A stretch of 64,000 nucleotides of DNA from Octopus sinensis (Eukaryota). The stretch spans positions 90,892,001 to 90,956,000 of the forward strand of contig NC_043003.1 of assembly GCF_006345805.1 (NCBI RefSeq), read 5' to 3'. Position numbers and translations under genes: made by a program. This document shows, one piece after another, positions 25,431-38,520 of this stretch. Numbering within the stretch: the first letter of the stretch is position 1; each line of letters begins with the position of its first letter. Below the pieces are notes generated by a model. It was not told the DNA's origin. It saw nothing but the letters and a program-made list of their open reading frames with translations, and ran no database searches.

Positions 25431-25935
25431 AATGGTTCCAGGTAGTCTTTTCCTAATACTACTTTAATCTTCTTGCTTCTCAGAATCATTTCAAATAGAA
25501 CATTATGGGGTAAAAAAAAACTATAAGAAAATAGTTAACAGAGAACTTTAATAGAAGCTAGTAGTTATGCCAAATAGTTTGGTGCAGGTATGTAAGGAAA
25601 TCTTAATGAGAAATTTGAATAATCTAATTTCATTGGTAAATGAGGGAACTTGAGATGGAAAGAATGTGTAAACAGCAAAAGAAGTAGGTAGAACAGGAAA
25701 CTAATAAGTTTAACAGTAAAAATGAAGGAAGAAAATCAAGATCTTTCTTTGTGTGTGTGTGTGTGTAATTTCATTTCCATACTATTTCTTGTGGAAGGTA
25801 AACTTATTATCTTCTACTTTGCAATATATATATATATATTGTTGAGTTACATATGGCCTAGTCATTAGAGTGAAAGTTTATCTATCATAGATAGCAACTC
25901 ATATTCTGTCATTTCAACTGTGTTGCATTCTTTGG

Positions 25936-25971
<36 letters not shown>

Positions 25972-26437
25972 GGCTTCTTACAGTTTCCATCAATGAAATT
26001 TAATCACAAGGTTTTGGATGGCCTGAAGCTATAATAGGAAGCACTTGCTCAAGGTACCATGCAAAAGGACTGAACAAGAAACTGTGTGGTTAGGAAGCAA
26101 ACTTCTTAACCATGCCTGCATATGTATCTAAATATTACAAGACATTAGTCAGCAGCACCATTATACCTTCCCAACCAATTCTGTCTGTTGACCACTTTTA
26201 CCATTTGGGCACAATAATGAAGCCAGTGCAGTAAACACTATGTGTTTTCTTGACCTGCCAGAAATAACAGCTGAATCTTCCTCATTTCATATCTCACCAT
26301 CTTAAAAACAGGGAAGATCACATTGAGATAATTTAGTTTCTTAATATGCTATGTCTAAAAATGAACAAAGACAAATGGGAAGGCCATGGCTGCTAAGTCT
26401 GTTTCATCAAAGCTGGTCTGAAGCAAAATCACATCCT

Positions 26438-26648
26438 GGTGAGCTGGCAGAATCGTTACTGAACCAGGGGAAAGGCTTAGTGGCATTTTGTCCATCTTTA
26501 TATTCTGAGTTCAAATTCTGCAGAGGTCGACTTTGTCTTTCATCCTTTTGGGGGTCAATAAAAAAACGTAACAGTTAAGCACTGGGGATGATGTCATTGA
26601 CTTACCCCACCACCAAAATTGTTGGTCTTGTGCCAAAATTTGAAACCA
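26438..26648 (+). mobile_element. SINE family B copy
   Basis: GGTGAGCTGGCAGAATCGTTA...TTCTGAGTTCAAATTCTGCAGAGGTCGACTTTGTCTTTCATCCTTTTGGGG...CTTGTGCCAAAATTTGAAACC. Confidence 0.85.
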
Positions 26649-27539
26649 ACATTAAATGCGACCATTAAGTCAAATCAATATCCCAATTTTAATTATAGAT
26701 TGCACCTGGGTACAGGATAAACATCAATGCACCCATTTCTCTCTTCACTTTTCTAGAAATCTTAGGTGTCATGCATACATGGGAGGAAAAGCACCAGAGG
26801 GAATATTCTAGTGTTTTTCATAACAGATAGTGTAGCATCATAGCAAGCTAATTTAGAAAACATTAGAGAGAGAGAGGAGAGAGAGAGAGAGATAGAATGT
26901 GGAAAAGAAAGAAAGAAAGAAAGAGGGGTATTGAGAGAGAGAGAGAGAGAGAGGTAGAAAGGAAAGAGGATACGTAAACTGGTGTATGGATGGACAAACA
27001 GATTTTCTTCCTTATTCCAAAATAGATAGCTATAAAAAGACAGCTTCCTTTTCACCTCTTGGAACTTCTCAGTTTCATAAGTACATGGAGAAGAAAGCTA
27101 GGTATTTCCCCTGGAGATACAATAACACCATAACAAGCTCCATGAGAAAGCAGATGAGAGGTGATGGTGGTGGTGGCGGCGGCAGTAGGGAGAATGGGGG
27201 GAATGTGAGGTAGGGGAATATGGGGGAACTGGGGGCTAGAGAGAATGAATATTAGGTTATGACTATTTCTAAAGGTATGAAAGAATTTTTATACTGCTGA
27301 GAAAAGAATCATAATGTCAAACGAGTTAAGAAAGAAATATTTTGTTAATACCAGAGAAGAGAATCTCTAAGTTTAAAGAATTTTAATGTTAAGCATTTAG
27401 GTATTGCTAGGAAAGAGATAAAATGCTAAAAGATAATTTCCATTTAAAATGTGGAATTAATATTGGTTTATTTACTCTTTGAACATAATAGTCAGAATAG
27501 AAGAAGTCATTGTCAACACTATTCTTGTTAAAGAAATTT

Positions 27540-27591
<52 letters not shown>

Positions 27592-27755
27592 TATATACAC
27601 ACACACATATATATCTTTTAAATTTGTTCATTGGAAACGTTTTGAATATGCAAATAAAGACCCTATTCCATTATGCTGGCCAGTCTAATGATGCTGACTG
27701 GTGAACCAGATTTTTGGGGTTGCATTGAGCTGTATCAATATAATGTAGGATAAAT

Positions 27756-27801
<46 letters not shown>

Positions 27802-27802
<1 letters not shown>

Positions 27803-28164
27803 TCATGGATGGAATTTATAAACATTTAATGAATCACTATGGGTGTTTCTACAAATCACATGTCTCCTAAGATCACAGTCCGTATTCCTGGGATGATTAC
27901 AGCGTAGTCCATAGTATCCATGCATATTGGGTTGATCATCTTAATTTCTTCAGGTGATATAACATTAGATGATGTTTAACAGTGGGATGCTTATCCCTTT
28001 TGACCCCGAAGAAATGAATCCATGAAGATGATCAACCCAATGTCCACGGATACTACTGACCACACTGTAATCATCCCAGGAATACAGACCATGATCTTAA
28101 GAGACATGATTTGTGGAAATGCACAGAGTGATGCATTAAATGTTTATAAATTCCATCCAAGGAT
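27802..28164. mobile_element. Fold-back cassette, ~155-bp arms, each carrying a decayed hammerhead with ~100-nt stem II
   Basis: TGGATGGAATTTATAAACATTTAATG / CATTAAATGTTTATAAATTCCATCCA ends. Minus copy TCAC-CTGAAGA...GAAA-CACCCA-TA-GTGA (27834-27957); plus copy CCGAAGA...GAAA-TGCACA-GA-GTGA (28006-28131). Confidence 0.75.
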
Positions 28165-28180
28165 TATTATTAGTAGTACA

Positions 28181-28324
<144 letters not shown>

Positions 28325-28706
28325 TAATAAAGTTAATGTCTGGTCATAGTATATCCTCTTCCACTCTTTTTATGTGTTTCAACCACTGGATTGTGGGGTC
28401 ATACTGAGGCACTACCTTGAAGTGGCTTCTCCATCAAACTGACCCAAGTACTCATTTTAAGTCTGGTATGTATAGTAATATAAACAAATCAATACTGGTT
28501 GTCAAGCAATGAGAAACAAACACAAGCACAATAATTTACACACACACATATACACATGAAGGGTTGCTATACAGCTTCTGCCTATCAAATCCACTTACAA
28601 GATATTGTTTGGCTCAGAGTTGTTGTAAGAGGCACATAACCAAGACACAACATGGACAAAACTACACAGCCATGCCAATGCAAAATCAAGAAAACGCGTG
28701 TGTGTG

Positions 28707-28752
<46 letters not shown>

Positions 28753-28824
28753 TGTGTGTGTGTGTGTGGTGTGTGTGTGTGTGTGTGTGTGTACGTGTGT
28801 GTGTGTGTGCGTGTGTGTGTGTGT

Positions 28825-29180
28825 GTAACCGAGTGCTAGTTACACGCATGCATGTAACTGGCACTCAGTCGGTTATGACGACGAGGGTTCCAGTTGATCC
28901 AATCAACAGAACAGCCTGATCATGAAACTAAAGTGCAAGTGGCTGAGCACCCCACAGACATGCATATCCTTAAGACAGTTCTTAGGGAGATTCAGCATGA
29001 CACAGAATGTGACAAGGTTGGCCCTTTGAAATACAGATGCTTATTCATTTTTACCAGCTGATTGAACTGGAGCAACATGAAATAAAGTGTCTTGCTCAAG
29101 GACACAATGCATCATTGGGAATTGAACTCACAACCTTATGATTGTGAGCCAAATACCCAAACCAATAAGCCACATGTTTT
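28825..29180 (-). mobile_element. tRNA-derived CORE-type SINE family C
   Basis: Minus strand head then GTGTCCTTGAGCAAGACACTTTATTTCATGTTGCTCCAG; second copy at 44712-45040, relative at 48230-48560. Confidence 0.8.
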
Positions 29181-29282
29181 CATGTATGCATGCATGCATG
29201 TATGTATGTATGTATGTATGTATGTATGTATGTATTCTGGAAAATAAATCACAACATTTTATCTGACACTCTTTTTTTGCAG

Positions 29283-29323
29283 GAATTCTTTATAGTACCT
29301 ATGTAATTGAATACATAGGAAAA
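29283..29323 (+). CDS. Candidate 41-nt micro-exon of an unidentified gene
   Basis: CTGAC..TTTTTTTGCAG acceptor and AAA|GTAAGT donor; open frame ILYSTYVIEYIGK; no homology recognised. Confidence 0.3.
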
Positions 29324-29711
29324 GTAAGTATTTATGATGAGATAGCAAGATAATCTTTAATACCACAAGGATAACTGGCTCTGATTTTTAAGCAATCTAA
29401 AGAGAAAGGAGTAAATGAAAGGAACTATTGCTCAGAGATGGGATTACACAACTTTATCAGTGCAAGTATTAAAGATTAGATTAGAATTTAAGACATCTTT
29501 TGGCAGAGAATTGAAATGTAACCAACATATCTGGGAATAAATAATCAGATACAGCAGATAATATTTTGTTAAGTATAGCAGAACTTAATTGAAAAACACC
29601 TGTTGAGACTGAATAGTTTGGTGAGTAATTCCTTAGCTTTAAATTCAAATCATACTTAATTTCAAATTATATTTTGAGCACAAATCATATTTGAGTTCAA
29701 ATCACACTTAA

Positions 29712-29930
29712 CCCATTTGTTACCAAATTTCTGTAGAAATAGACTTCCTTTATTTCAATTAATTTTGAAAATAATGAAGAATTTAGTAAAATATCTTTGT
29801 AATTATTAAGCTGTTTGGAACATAAATAAATATGATATTTTGATGTGGGGTTGTAATTTAGATCACTTTAATGCAATGAGTTTACATCATAGAACCAAGG
29901 GTGAGTTCAGATGTGTTATTATTAAAACGG
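29712..29930 (-). mobile_element. piggyBac-type MITE copy
   Basis: TTAA|CCCATTTGTTACC ... AAAACGG|TTAA; reverse complement of 17466-17686. Confidence 0.7.
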
Positions 29931-30143
29931 TTAAATTGTTCAATAATAGCATCATTGTAATTCTTTTAGTTTCCATCTACAAAATCTACTCACAAGGCGT
30001 TGGTTGGTCAGCCCAAAGCTGTAGAAGACACCTCAAAGATGCTGCACAGTAGGATTGAACCTAAAAGGACACAGTTGGGGAGCAAGTTTTTCAACTATAC
30101 TGCCACACATGTACCTATTAGCCATACCTGCACTTTATATATA

Positions 30144-30306
30144 TATAGATTAAAATGAAAAAGAACATCTGGCGTCACTGAAAAAGTAAAATCATTTAAT
30201 TTAGAGAATATAAGCAGATAGATATATGTTGATATTCTCTAATTCAAATGTTTTTTTTTGAGTGACGCCGATTGCTTTGTTTTTTCATTTTTTACTTTAA
30301 TCTATA
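30144..30306. repeat. Imperfect inverted repeat, ~70-bp arms
   Basis: TATAGATTAAA..GGCGTCACT..CATTT..TTAGAGAATAT / ATATTCTCTAA..AAATG..AGTGACGCC..TTTAATCTATA. Confidence 0.7.
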
Positions 30307-30961
30307 TCTACTCACTCAAGAAGCAACCACCTGTAGCTGCCTTCGATAGGCAGTTTCAACACCATACTTTTCAGCTGCAGTATGAGCCAGAATTCTAGTG
30401 GTAAACCAAACTGAGCACTCATAGTACATACATATATACAGAGTACACCAAAAAAATGTATACACACTTCAAGAAGGAAAAGTTTACTTGGCATCCAACT
30501 TTAGCACATTTCTCCGATAGCTTGATTAACTCCCTAGCAGTTGTAAACTCGGCCTGGCCTAGGCATATATATATATACACACACACAGACACACATACAC
30601 ACACACACACAAAAAAAACATGCATAGAAATATGTGTGTGTGTATGACCACAGTAAAACTTCCCTAATGTTATTCTCATACTTACAGCAGGATTACATAA
30701 ACCAACCATATATATACATATATATATATATATGTGAATCAATGGAGGAACAGATATAGATACATGTCTACATAAATATATATGCCTACAACATACCTAC
30801 ACACACATGCACTCTAAATTCAACTATGCATCAAGGGTAATGGAACACAATTCATTGAAACATAAACAAACAATACTATACCTATGTACTAAATTTAAAT
30901 GAGTAGCAGAATTCTATTACAAGGCATTAAAATGCAGCCCAAAGTAGGGAAATATATATAC

Positions 30962-30997
<36 letters not shown>

Positions 30998-32339
30998 TGT
31001 GTGTGTGTGTGTATACATATATGTGTGTGTGTATTTATATATATATATGTAGATATATATGTATATATGTATATGTGTGTATGTATATGTGCATGTATAT
31101 GTGTGTATGTATGTGTGTGTGCAAGTGTGTGTGCGTGTATATATATATGTATACATGTTTGTGTGTGTGTGTGTGTGTGTATGTACGTATGTATAGAATC
31201 TTTAAGCGTTTAAGCAACTAAAAAAGTGAAACATTATCTGCTATAAGTCACTTTTAACATAGATGTAGAAAGAAGATTAGCAAGAGAATTCCTGTCTCTA
31301 ATCAACAAATGCTTTCCTAAAAACCACAAATTCCATCAGCTGTTCAACCAAACCATAGGCTTTAACTGCATGCCAAATTTTTCCAGTTTTATACACAAAC
31401 ATAATACTAAAATCCTAGTTTAGTTCCTAAAGAGAGGAACTTGTAACTCTAGCCTTATACAACTCTTCTGCTGGTTTACTGTATTCATATAAAAGACAGA
31501 GTAAACTTATCAGCTGTGCTACCTAGGCCTTATAGAGCATCCATTTTAAAACCCAGGCAATATAACTGCCTGTCCCAACAATATTGCACAGTCAAATAAA
31601 TAATGGAATTGATATACAATCAACCGATCTGCTAGAAAGAGCAATTAATCTTCCTCAAATTAAACCTTTAAAAGGAGAGCAACAACATTGAATAATTTGG
31701 TCCTAAATATACTTTCTGAAACAAAAGAAAACACAAAAGAAGATTGTATTGTCAATTTTCAATGTTGAGACATTGTTTGTTGATCAAAGGTCTGGATCAG
31801 GGGTCTGGAGCTAAGCAACGCAAAACAACATTACAACATAGTGACAACTAAATCTACTTATAAGACAGTATTATAATGAAAGGAACAAAAATATACATAA
31901 AAAGGTTTATCTTAGATAGTACCATTTTATTTACATATCGATTAAAGAAATAGGATCTTTGCATTGCAGAACAATTCCCTACAATCTCCTACCCACATGG
32001 CCCTAAACAATACCCACCACCCCTCACACAAACTCATTGAATTCATTTCAGCACTTTTCCATACGATCAATTGCTTCAACACCTGTTGCCTTCATTCTCA
32101 CCCCTGCCACACACACACACACACACACACTTGTATCTGGTGAACTCTGTAAGAGGTTTGTTGTCTGAAATGTGAGTAGAGATTAAAGTACAGATTAAAG
32201 TATTATACACAAGAGTCTATATTTCCAGGTCTTAAATGCTCCCTTCACAAAGTTGTTTTAAGCTCTTTTATATTTTGGTCATTAATACATACACAAACTT
32301 ATGTGTGTTTACACACACACAAACATACACGCACATACC

Positions 32340-32762
32340 TTTTACTTTTACATGTATCAGTCATTGAACTGCTGCTATGTTGAGGCACCACCTTGAGGAA
32401 TTGACCCAGTACTTATTTTCTTTTTAAGCCTGGTACTTATTCTATCCGTTCCTTTAACTGAACTGCTAAGTTATGGAGATGTAAACACTCCAACACCAGT
32501 TATCAAGCAGCAGGGTGGGGGAACAAGCACATACACAAAGACACACACACACATACACACACACACATATTTATATGTGTGTGTGTGTGTTGAGTGGTTG
32601 GTGTTAGGAAGAACGTCCAGTAATAAAAACTATGCCAAAACAGACAGCAAAGCCTGGTGCAGTCTTCTGCTTGGTCAGCTCCTGTCAAACCGTCCAGCCC
32701 ATGCCAGCATGAAAGCAGGTGTTAAATGCTGATGATGATGATGGTTATATTTGTATGTATGA

Positions 32763-32795
<33 letters not shown>

Positions 32796-32945
32796 CATAT
32801 ATACAACAGTCTTCTTTCAGTTTGCATCTACCAAATCTACACACAGGCAAGGCTTTGGTTAGCTTGAGGCTATAGTATAAGACATTTGCCTCTGGAACCA
32901 TGTGGTTGGGAGGAAGACTTCTTACCACACAGCCACACCTGTACC
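32340..32945 (-). mobile_element. SINE family A with an RTE-type tail nested in its microsatellite
   Basis: Family A tail 32340-32540 and head 32805-32945; insert 32590-32742 on the opposite strand. Confidence 0.7.
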
Positions 32946-33780
32946 TACATACACACACACACACAAACACACACACACATGCACATGCAAACATTATCAT
33001 CATAATAACATCTGTTTTCCCATGTTACCATGGGTCAGATAAGAGTATGTTGGGACAAGGTATGCTGCAGCTTAATGCTCTTCCTGTTGCCAACTCCCAC
33101 TGGAGTCTAAGCAAAGTAATGATCACAGCCTGGACATGGTTTCACAGCAGACTGCAAGCCAATGATTGTACGCATCACCTGAAAATCTAAGCAGGATCTC
33201 TGTAAATAGCAATACGAAGCCTCCAGTCCCTTCCCAGATATAGAGTGGGGCAAAACAAATCTGTGTCAGCTTGTAAAATTTTTCCTTGGTGGCCCCTGCT
33301 CTAAGTCAATCCAGATTGAGAATAATTACAAAAAGTGTTCCAACCATGACCATCCTGTCTTTATTTCAGACAGTATCGAAAACTGCCTTATCCTGTGTGT
33401 TCTTCTTGTTCTATCTTTCTTTAAGACAGTAGAGAGTGATAGCTGACTGTTGTTTCTAACAGGGTAAGGTAACCAGGTAGAAGCCCCTTTGTTGGCTCGT
33501 TTGTCTAGTTTTTATTTATTTAGGTGTTCTCTGCAATAGAGTATTCAGAATTTTTGGAATGACAGTTTAAGTGACAGTAAAATTCACTAAAACAAGATAT
33601 TTCTCTTTGCTGGCCTCTCTGGACTAGAAGATACAGTTGTTGTTGTTGTTGTTGTTTCTTAGGAACTGCTTCATCAAACATGTTGGAAATATATTAAGTA
33701 GCAAATTCACATACATGCACAACCCCCACACACATACACACACACACACAATGAAGGAATTCAATGTTGTACATTGAGTA

Positions 33781-33908
33781 TTATATAAATAAATTCATTC
33801 ATACTCTTACAATATGGTCACTGCTGCTTCAGAAAAGCATCCTGATGATGTAAACATTCATTTAGTTGATAAAACATTGGCCATGTTGTAAGAATATGAT
33901 TAATATAT
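33781..33908 (+). mobile_element. Small fold-back with a degenerate hammerhead
   Basis: TCATACTCTTACAATATGGTCACTG / CATTGGCCATGTTGTAAGAATATGA arms; CAT-C-CTGATGA...AAAA-CATTG-GCC-ATG. Confidence 0.5.
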
Positions 33909-34107
33909 AGAAATATACATACATATATATGTACATAAGCGTATACACACACTTATATATATACACATATATATATATGTACAAATATATATATATGTAC
34001 AAAAATAAATACAACATTCGTATATACTTATATATTCATATAAATATATATTAGGCATATACATGTACACAAACATATACACACACTCAGATACATATAT
34101 ATATATA

Positions 34108-35005
34108 CAAAGTGCGATGAGTAAATTGTTGCCATTTCATATTTTTAATTTTGTACATGCACATTGTTTGTTTTTGATTTTGTTGACTACACAATATAGT
34201 AGGGTCAGTTGGGCACCATCTGTGAGAAAAACAACACCATAACGCAATTCACTCTGCCAGAAATTTGGAAACGACATGCTGTATTGCATGGCATTTGTGC
34301 TGAAAGCTCCAATACGAACATTTCAGAGTATTTGGGTGTCAACCTGAGGACAGTACAAAGGATTCAGAAAGAGTTGAATGAGTTTAATGGTGAGTATGAA
34401 GGTGTAGTAGCTTGGAAAACTCACTCTGAAGAACTCCTGAATTTGTTGGTGAGATCCAGGACATGATTGACAACAATCCCTCCAAGTCAATCAAGTCTAT
34501 CACCAGGAAATGTCTGAGTTTCTTAGGCAGATAGTGCATGAAAACATTCAGTATTCCTCATACAAGATGAGAAAGGGTCTATTTTTATCCCAAGCCATCA
34601 TGGATAAAAGGAAAGACCAAACAACAAAGCTTTCAAACAAACTCAAGCATCCCCTCCAACTGAACATGCTTTGGTTTTTCTCAGATGAGAAAAATTTTTG
34701 CCAGGATCAGATGGTGAACGCATAGAACAACCATTGGCTTGCCGTGTACCCAAAACATATACCAAGAGTAATAAAATCAAACATCCAGTCAACATTCACA
34801 ACAAGGAGTCCAGAAGAATTACGGGAAATTCGGAAGTCATCTGGAGGCCATGGTTGAAACTAACGGCAATTCTTTTGAATAAATTTACTCTTTAGCATTT
34901 CAAGATATTTTTATGTATTTTTTGTAAATATATCTTTTAAAATGAGATGTCAGTGTTATTTTCATTTTTGCATAATATAGATGACAATTTATTCACCACA
35001 CTCTG
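34108..35005 (+). mobile_element. Internally deleted Tc1/mariner DD37D (maT) element
   Basis: TIRs CAAAGTGCGATGAGTAAATTGT / ACAATTTATTCACCACACTCTG in (TA)n; HTH ISEYLGVNLRTVQRI and first-Asp motif WFFSDEKNF. Confidence 0.85.
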
Positions 35006-35042
35006 TGTATATATATATATAAATATAATTCTTTTTTAGATC

Positions 35043-35395
35043 AGGCAGCCTTCTTCTATCGAACAGATTTTTTAACACAATATTTACATGCTATTATTTA
35101 TAGCTTTATATGCTTCATGATCCATTGTTCCAAAGCATAATTATTTAATGTTCTCATGAAATTTATGAATTTTTATGACATCAACTATACATACATATTC
35201 GTATGTGCATATAGATAGATAGACAGACAGACAGACAGATAGATATAAATGTCGTAGGAATCTAGAAATTTCGAGAGGGAACATAAAATAATTCTTGTTT
35301 TGGAAACTCAGAGCAGATAAAGCTATATATGTAATAATAGCATGTAAATATTAGGTTAAAAAACAGTTTGGATAAAAAAAATCAAAGACAGCCTG
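35043..35395. repeat. Two tail-to-tail copies of family D around a (GATA)/(GACA) microsatellite
   Basis: TTTTTTAACACAATATTTACATGCTATTATT / ATAATAGCATGTAAATATTAGGTTAAAAAA; inner ends TATGACAT / ATGTCGTA. Confidence 0.7.
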
Positions 35396-38244
35396 TGGAT
35401 GGACACTCCACCATTGGACAAAGCAATACATACATTATATATACATACACACATGCACACACATACATACTTATATATATTCAATTTTAAAAAATACTTT
35501 TGAAGACCTTTAGCAATTTTGTTGCCATTTTCAGCTTTTCTAAAGCAAAGTTAGTGAGCAATAGAACTTATTAATCTCATTAACATGAGGAAATTATTAT
35601 TATTATTCCTTTTTGTTTTTTGTTACTTCCTGGCCATTTTATTAAAAGATTATCAAGCAGTTTAATCAACTCATCCAAGCATTTGATAATAGGAATTCAA
35701 TTAACAGATTAACCAATAGGCTATTATTTATTTATCATTAGTTATTGAAGACTATCACTACTTTCTTTCCTTTAGTTTTCCATCCCAAATGGTTGCCTTA
35801 CTTCAAAGCAGCCTCTTTTCTCAAGAGTTAGTTACAAGAAGGAGGAAGAATTGGAAAAAAAACAAAAAAACTATGTTACTATTTTTGGTTGTAAATTAGT
35901 AGAAGACAAAGGAATCCAGACAACCTTTTTATCAAAGCACAACATATCTAAACAAGGCATTGGAACTTGGTTGATGCAGATTAAAATGATTAAAATGGAA
36001 GCTTACTAATTAGGTTAAAGAACTGCAGGACTAGAGTTTGTAGGGTTGGGTGTATCATCTTTCCCCAGTACAATTCACATTACTATCTATGTTTAGAGAC
36101 CAATTGAAGCAGGCATAGAAATACCACATGTTACATACCAGTAGTGAACAGTGGCTTCATTCTGTATCAGTGATCAAAATTCCATATTTTAACAACGTGA
36201 ACTTCAATATAATTGCGAGGTGGCTTATCCAGTTGATGGACCACATCAAATTTTTCCAACAGCTTGTTCCATTCTGGAAATATTATTTCTAATTTTCTAA
36301 AAAAAGTCATTCTAAACAAAATAAACTTCTTTTCAAACAAATGATATGATTGACGTGTGATGGATCAGGATGTGTACAGATGAATAGATAGGAATAATAC
36401 AACAAGAATATTTGGGGGAAGTATTGGGGTGAAAAAGGTTAAAAATATATAGAAAGTGAAATGAATCGAATCATGGGAAGTTAATTTTTTTTTTTTGTTT
36501 TTAAGTTATAAAATAACAATTTAAACAAAAAAGTTTAAATTGGGAGAAGTTTGAAATATAAATAACACAAAAGAATAAAAGAATTGAAAGAAAAGAGAAA
36601 AATTTGCAGAGGCAAGAAGCATTTGAGTTAGTGCAATGGGTTAGGATAATTTACTGATTTTTCATAGACTTGTTCACCATTTTTTTTTTTTCGATTTCAT
36701 ATGGTGGCATCATTGTTGAATACCTATGGAACTAGACAGAAAGATTCTCAGAAACAAATCAAGTCAGAACTGAAAGATTCATGTAAATAACCGGTGCAAA
36801 GTTAAAAAGTAAATGCATTGCTTGTATTAATTTTCCAAGTGATGAGGTTTACATACAATTTGATCTTAAAATGTAGCAGACTTTGTCAAAGAATGACACT
36901 TTGCAGAGTGCAGTGAGATAAGAAGTTAGAAAACAAAACAATTAAAATTATCTATAAACAAAACCACAGATATGCTTTTTTTAATGGTACACTTTAAATA
37001 TGATTCCTACCTACATCTATTTATACAGAATACAGTTATAAATAGAAATGTTTTAGGGTCAATTAAAATTCAAAGAATGTCTGAGTCATGAAAGAAATTT
37101 CAGCAAGTGGTATGATATAAATATTGCCTTTTAAGCATATGTGTGTGTGTGTATACATACATACACATGTATGTATATATATATATGCATTAATATGTGT
37201 GTGTGTATACATATGTAAATATATAATTATATATATGCATATATATGTAATTGCTTATGTACATACACACACATACACACACATACACACGTGTATATTT
37301 TTCTTCATGTATCAGTCTCTTCGATAAAATCTCTTCCCACCAGTTCATCTATTTTGTTTAATCCTTTCTGAACGTGTTCAGAAAACCATCAAAGAAAACA
37401 ACCCTTTGTGAAGGAATAGTTGAAAGGCCAAATATTTGTTCTTCAGTCATCCTGTTATTTTATATTTTACTTTAATATATTTAAGCAGAAACTATTTATA
37501 TAAAATGTCGTAGAGCTAAATTTAACAAGCTAGATTATGAAACCAGATTGATGGCTGTTTTGCCAAATTTTACGGCCATTGTTTGGACATTATGTAATTG
37601 AAGCTTGGTGAATCATAAAAAACTCAACTATTTACAAACTTGACAAATGCTAAAAAGAACAATAACAGATTTGTTTTGCTTTTCTAATGTAGGAGATAAA
37701 AGATAGAATTGCAGAATATAAGCAAACTACAGCTTCCTAGATACGGTAGCATGTTTTCTTCAAAGATTTCTTGAAGTATTATTAGTTTCTCTAACAGAAC
37801 ACAAAAATCTAAAATTTTATCCAATAAACTTGTTATATAACCAAAGCCTTTTATTACTGTGATTATTAGATAAAATTAGAGAGAAAATGAAACCGTACAG
37901 AAAGTTGTAATTGACCAATTAGGAAGACTAACAGATTACTGAAGAAGATAAGCTAGCTGTACATACTGTGAACAGTTACGGCTTACTGAAGGAGGAGCAG
38001 AGTATTCTAATGAATGGCAATGTCAAGCTCAAATATTCCTATATCCATGAACTATGGTGGAAATTCTCTTGCTATAGCCTTGTTCAACCAATTCAGTCAT
38101 CCCTACACTAAAGTGGACTTGATATCATTAGAGGATGGACAGATACAAACAACAACAACACACACATAGTTATGCATGTATACATATACATATATGTGTA
38201 TATATATATATAAATATATATATATGTATAGACACAAACAGTAT

Positions 38245-38291
<47 letters not shown>

Positions 38292-38374
38292 GAATGTATG
38301 TATACAAACATAGACATATACATATACATACATATAGACAGCAGACATCTCTATATATATACATGTGTGTGTGT

Positions 38375-38520
38375 TAAAAGTGACATTGGTGTATCATACT
38401 AAGACTGAAAGCCATGATACTGTGGTTGTTGTCTAAGATTTTCTCTCTTACATAACTACAGTCCCTAGTCTTTCAGTGGATGTATATACATTTAGTATGA
38501 TATACAGATGGCTATTTAAA
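38375..38520. repeat. Imperfect hairpin between microsatellites
   Basis: TGTATCATACTAA/TTAGTATGATATA, ACTGAAAG/CTTTCAGT and ACTGTGGTT/AACTACAGT nested pairs. Confidence 0.6.
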
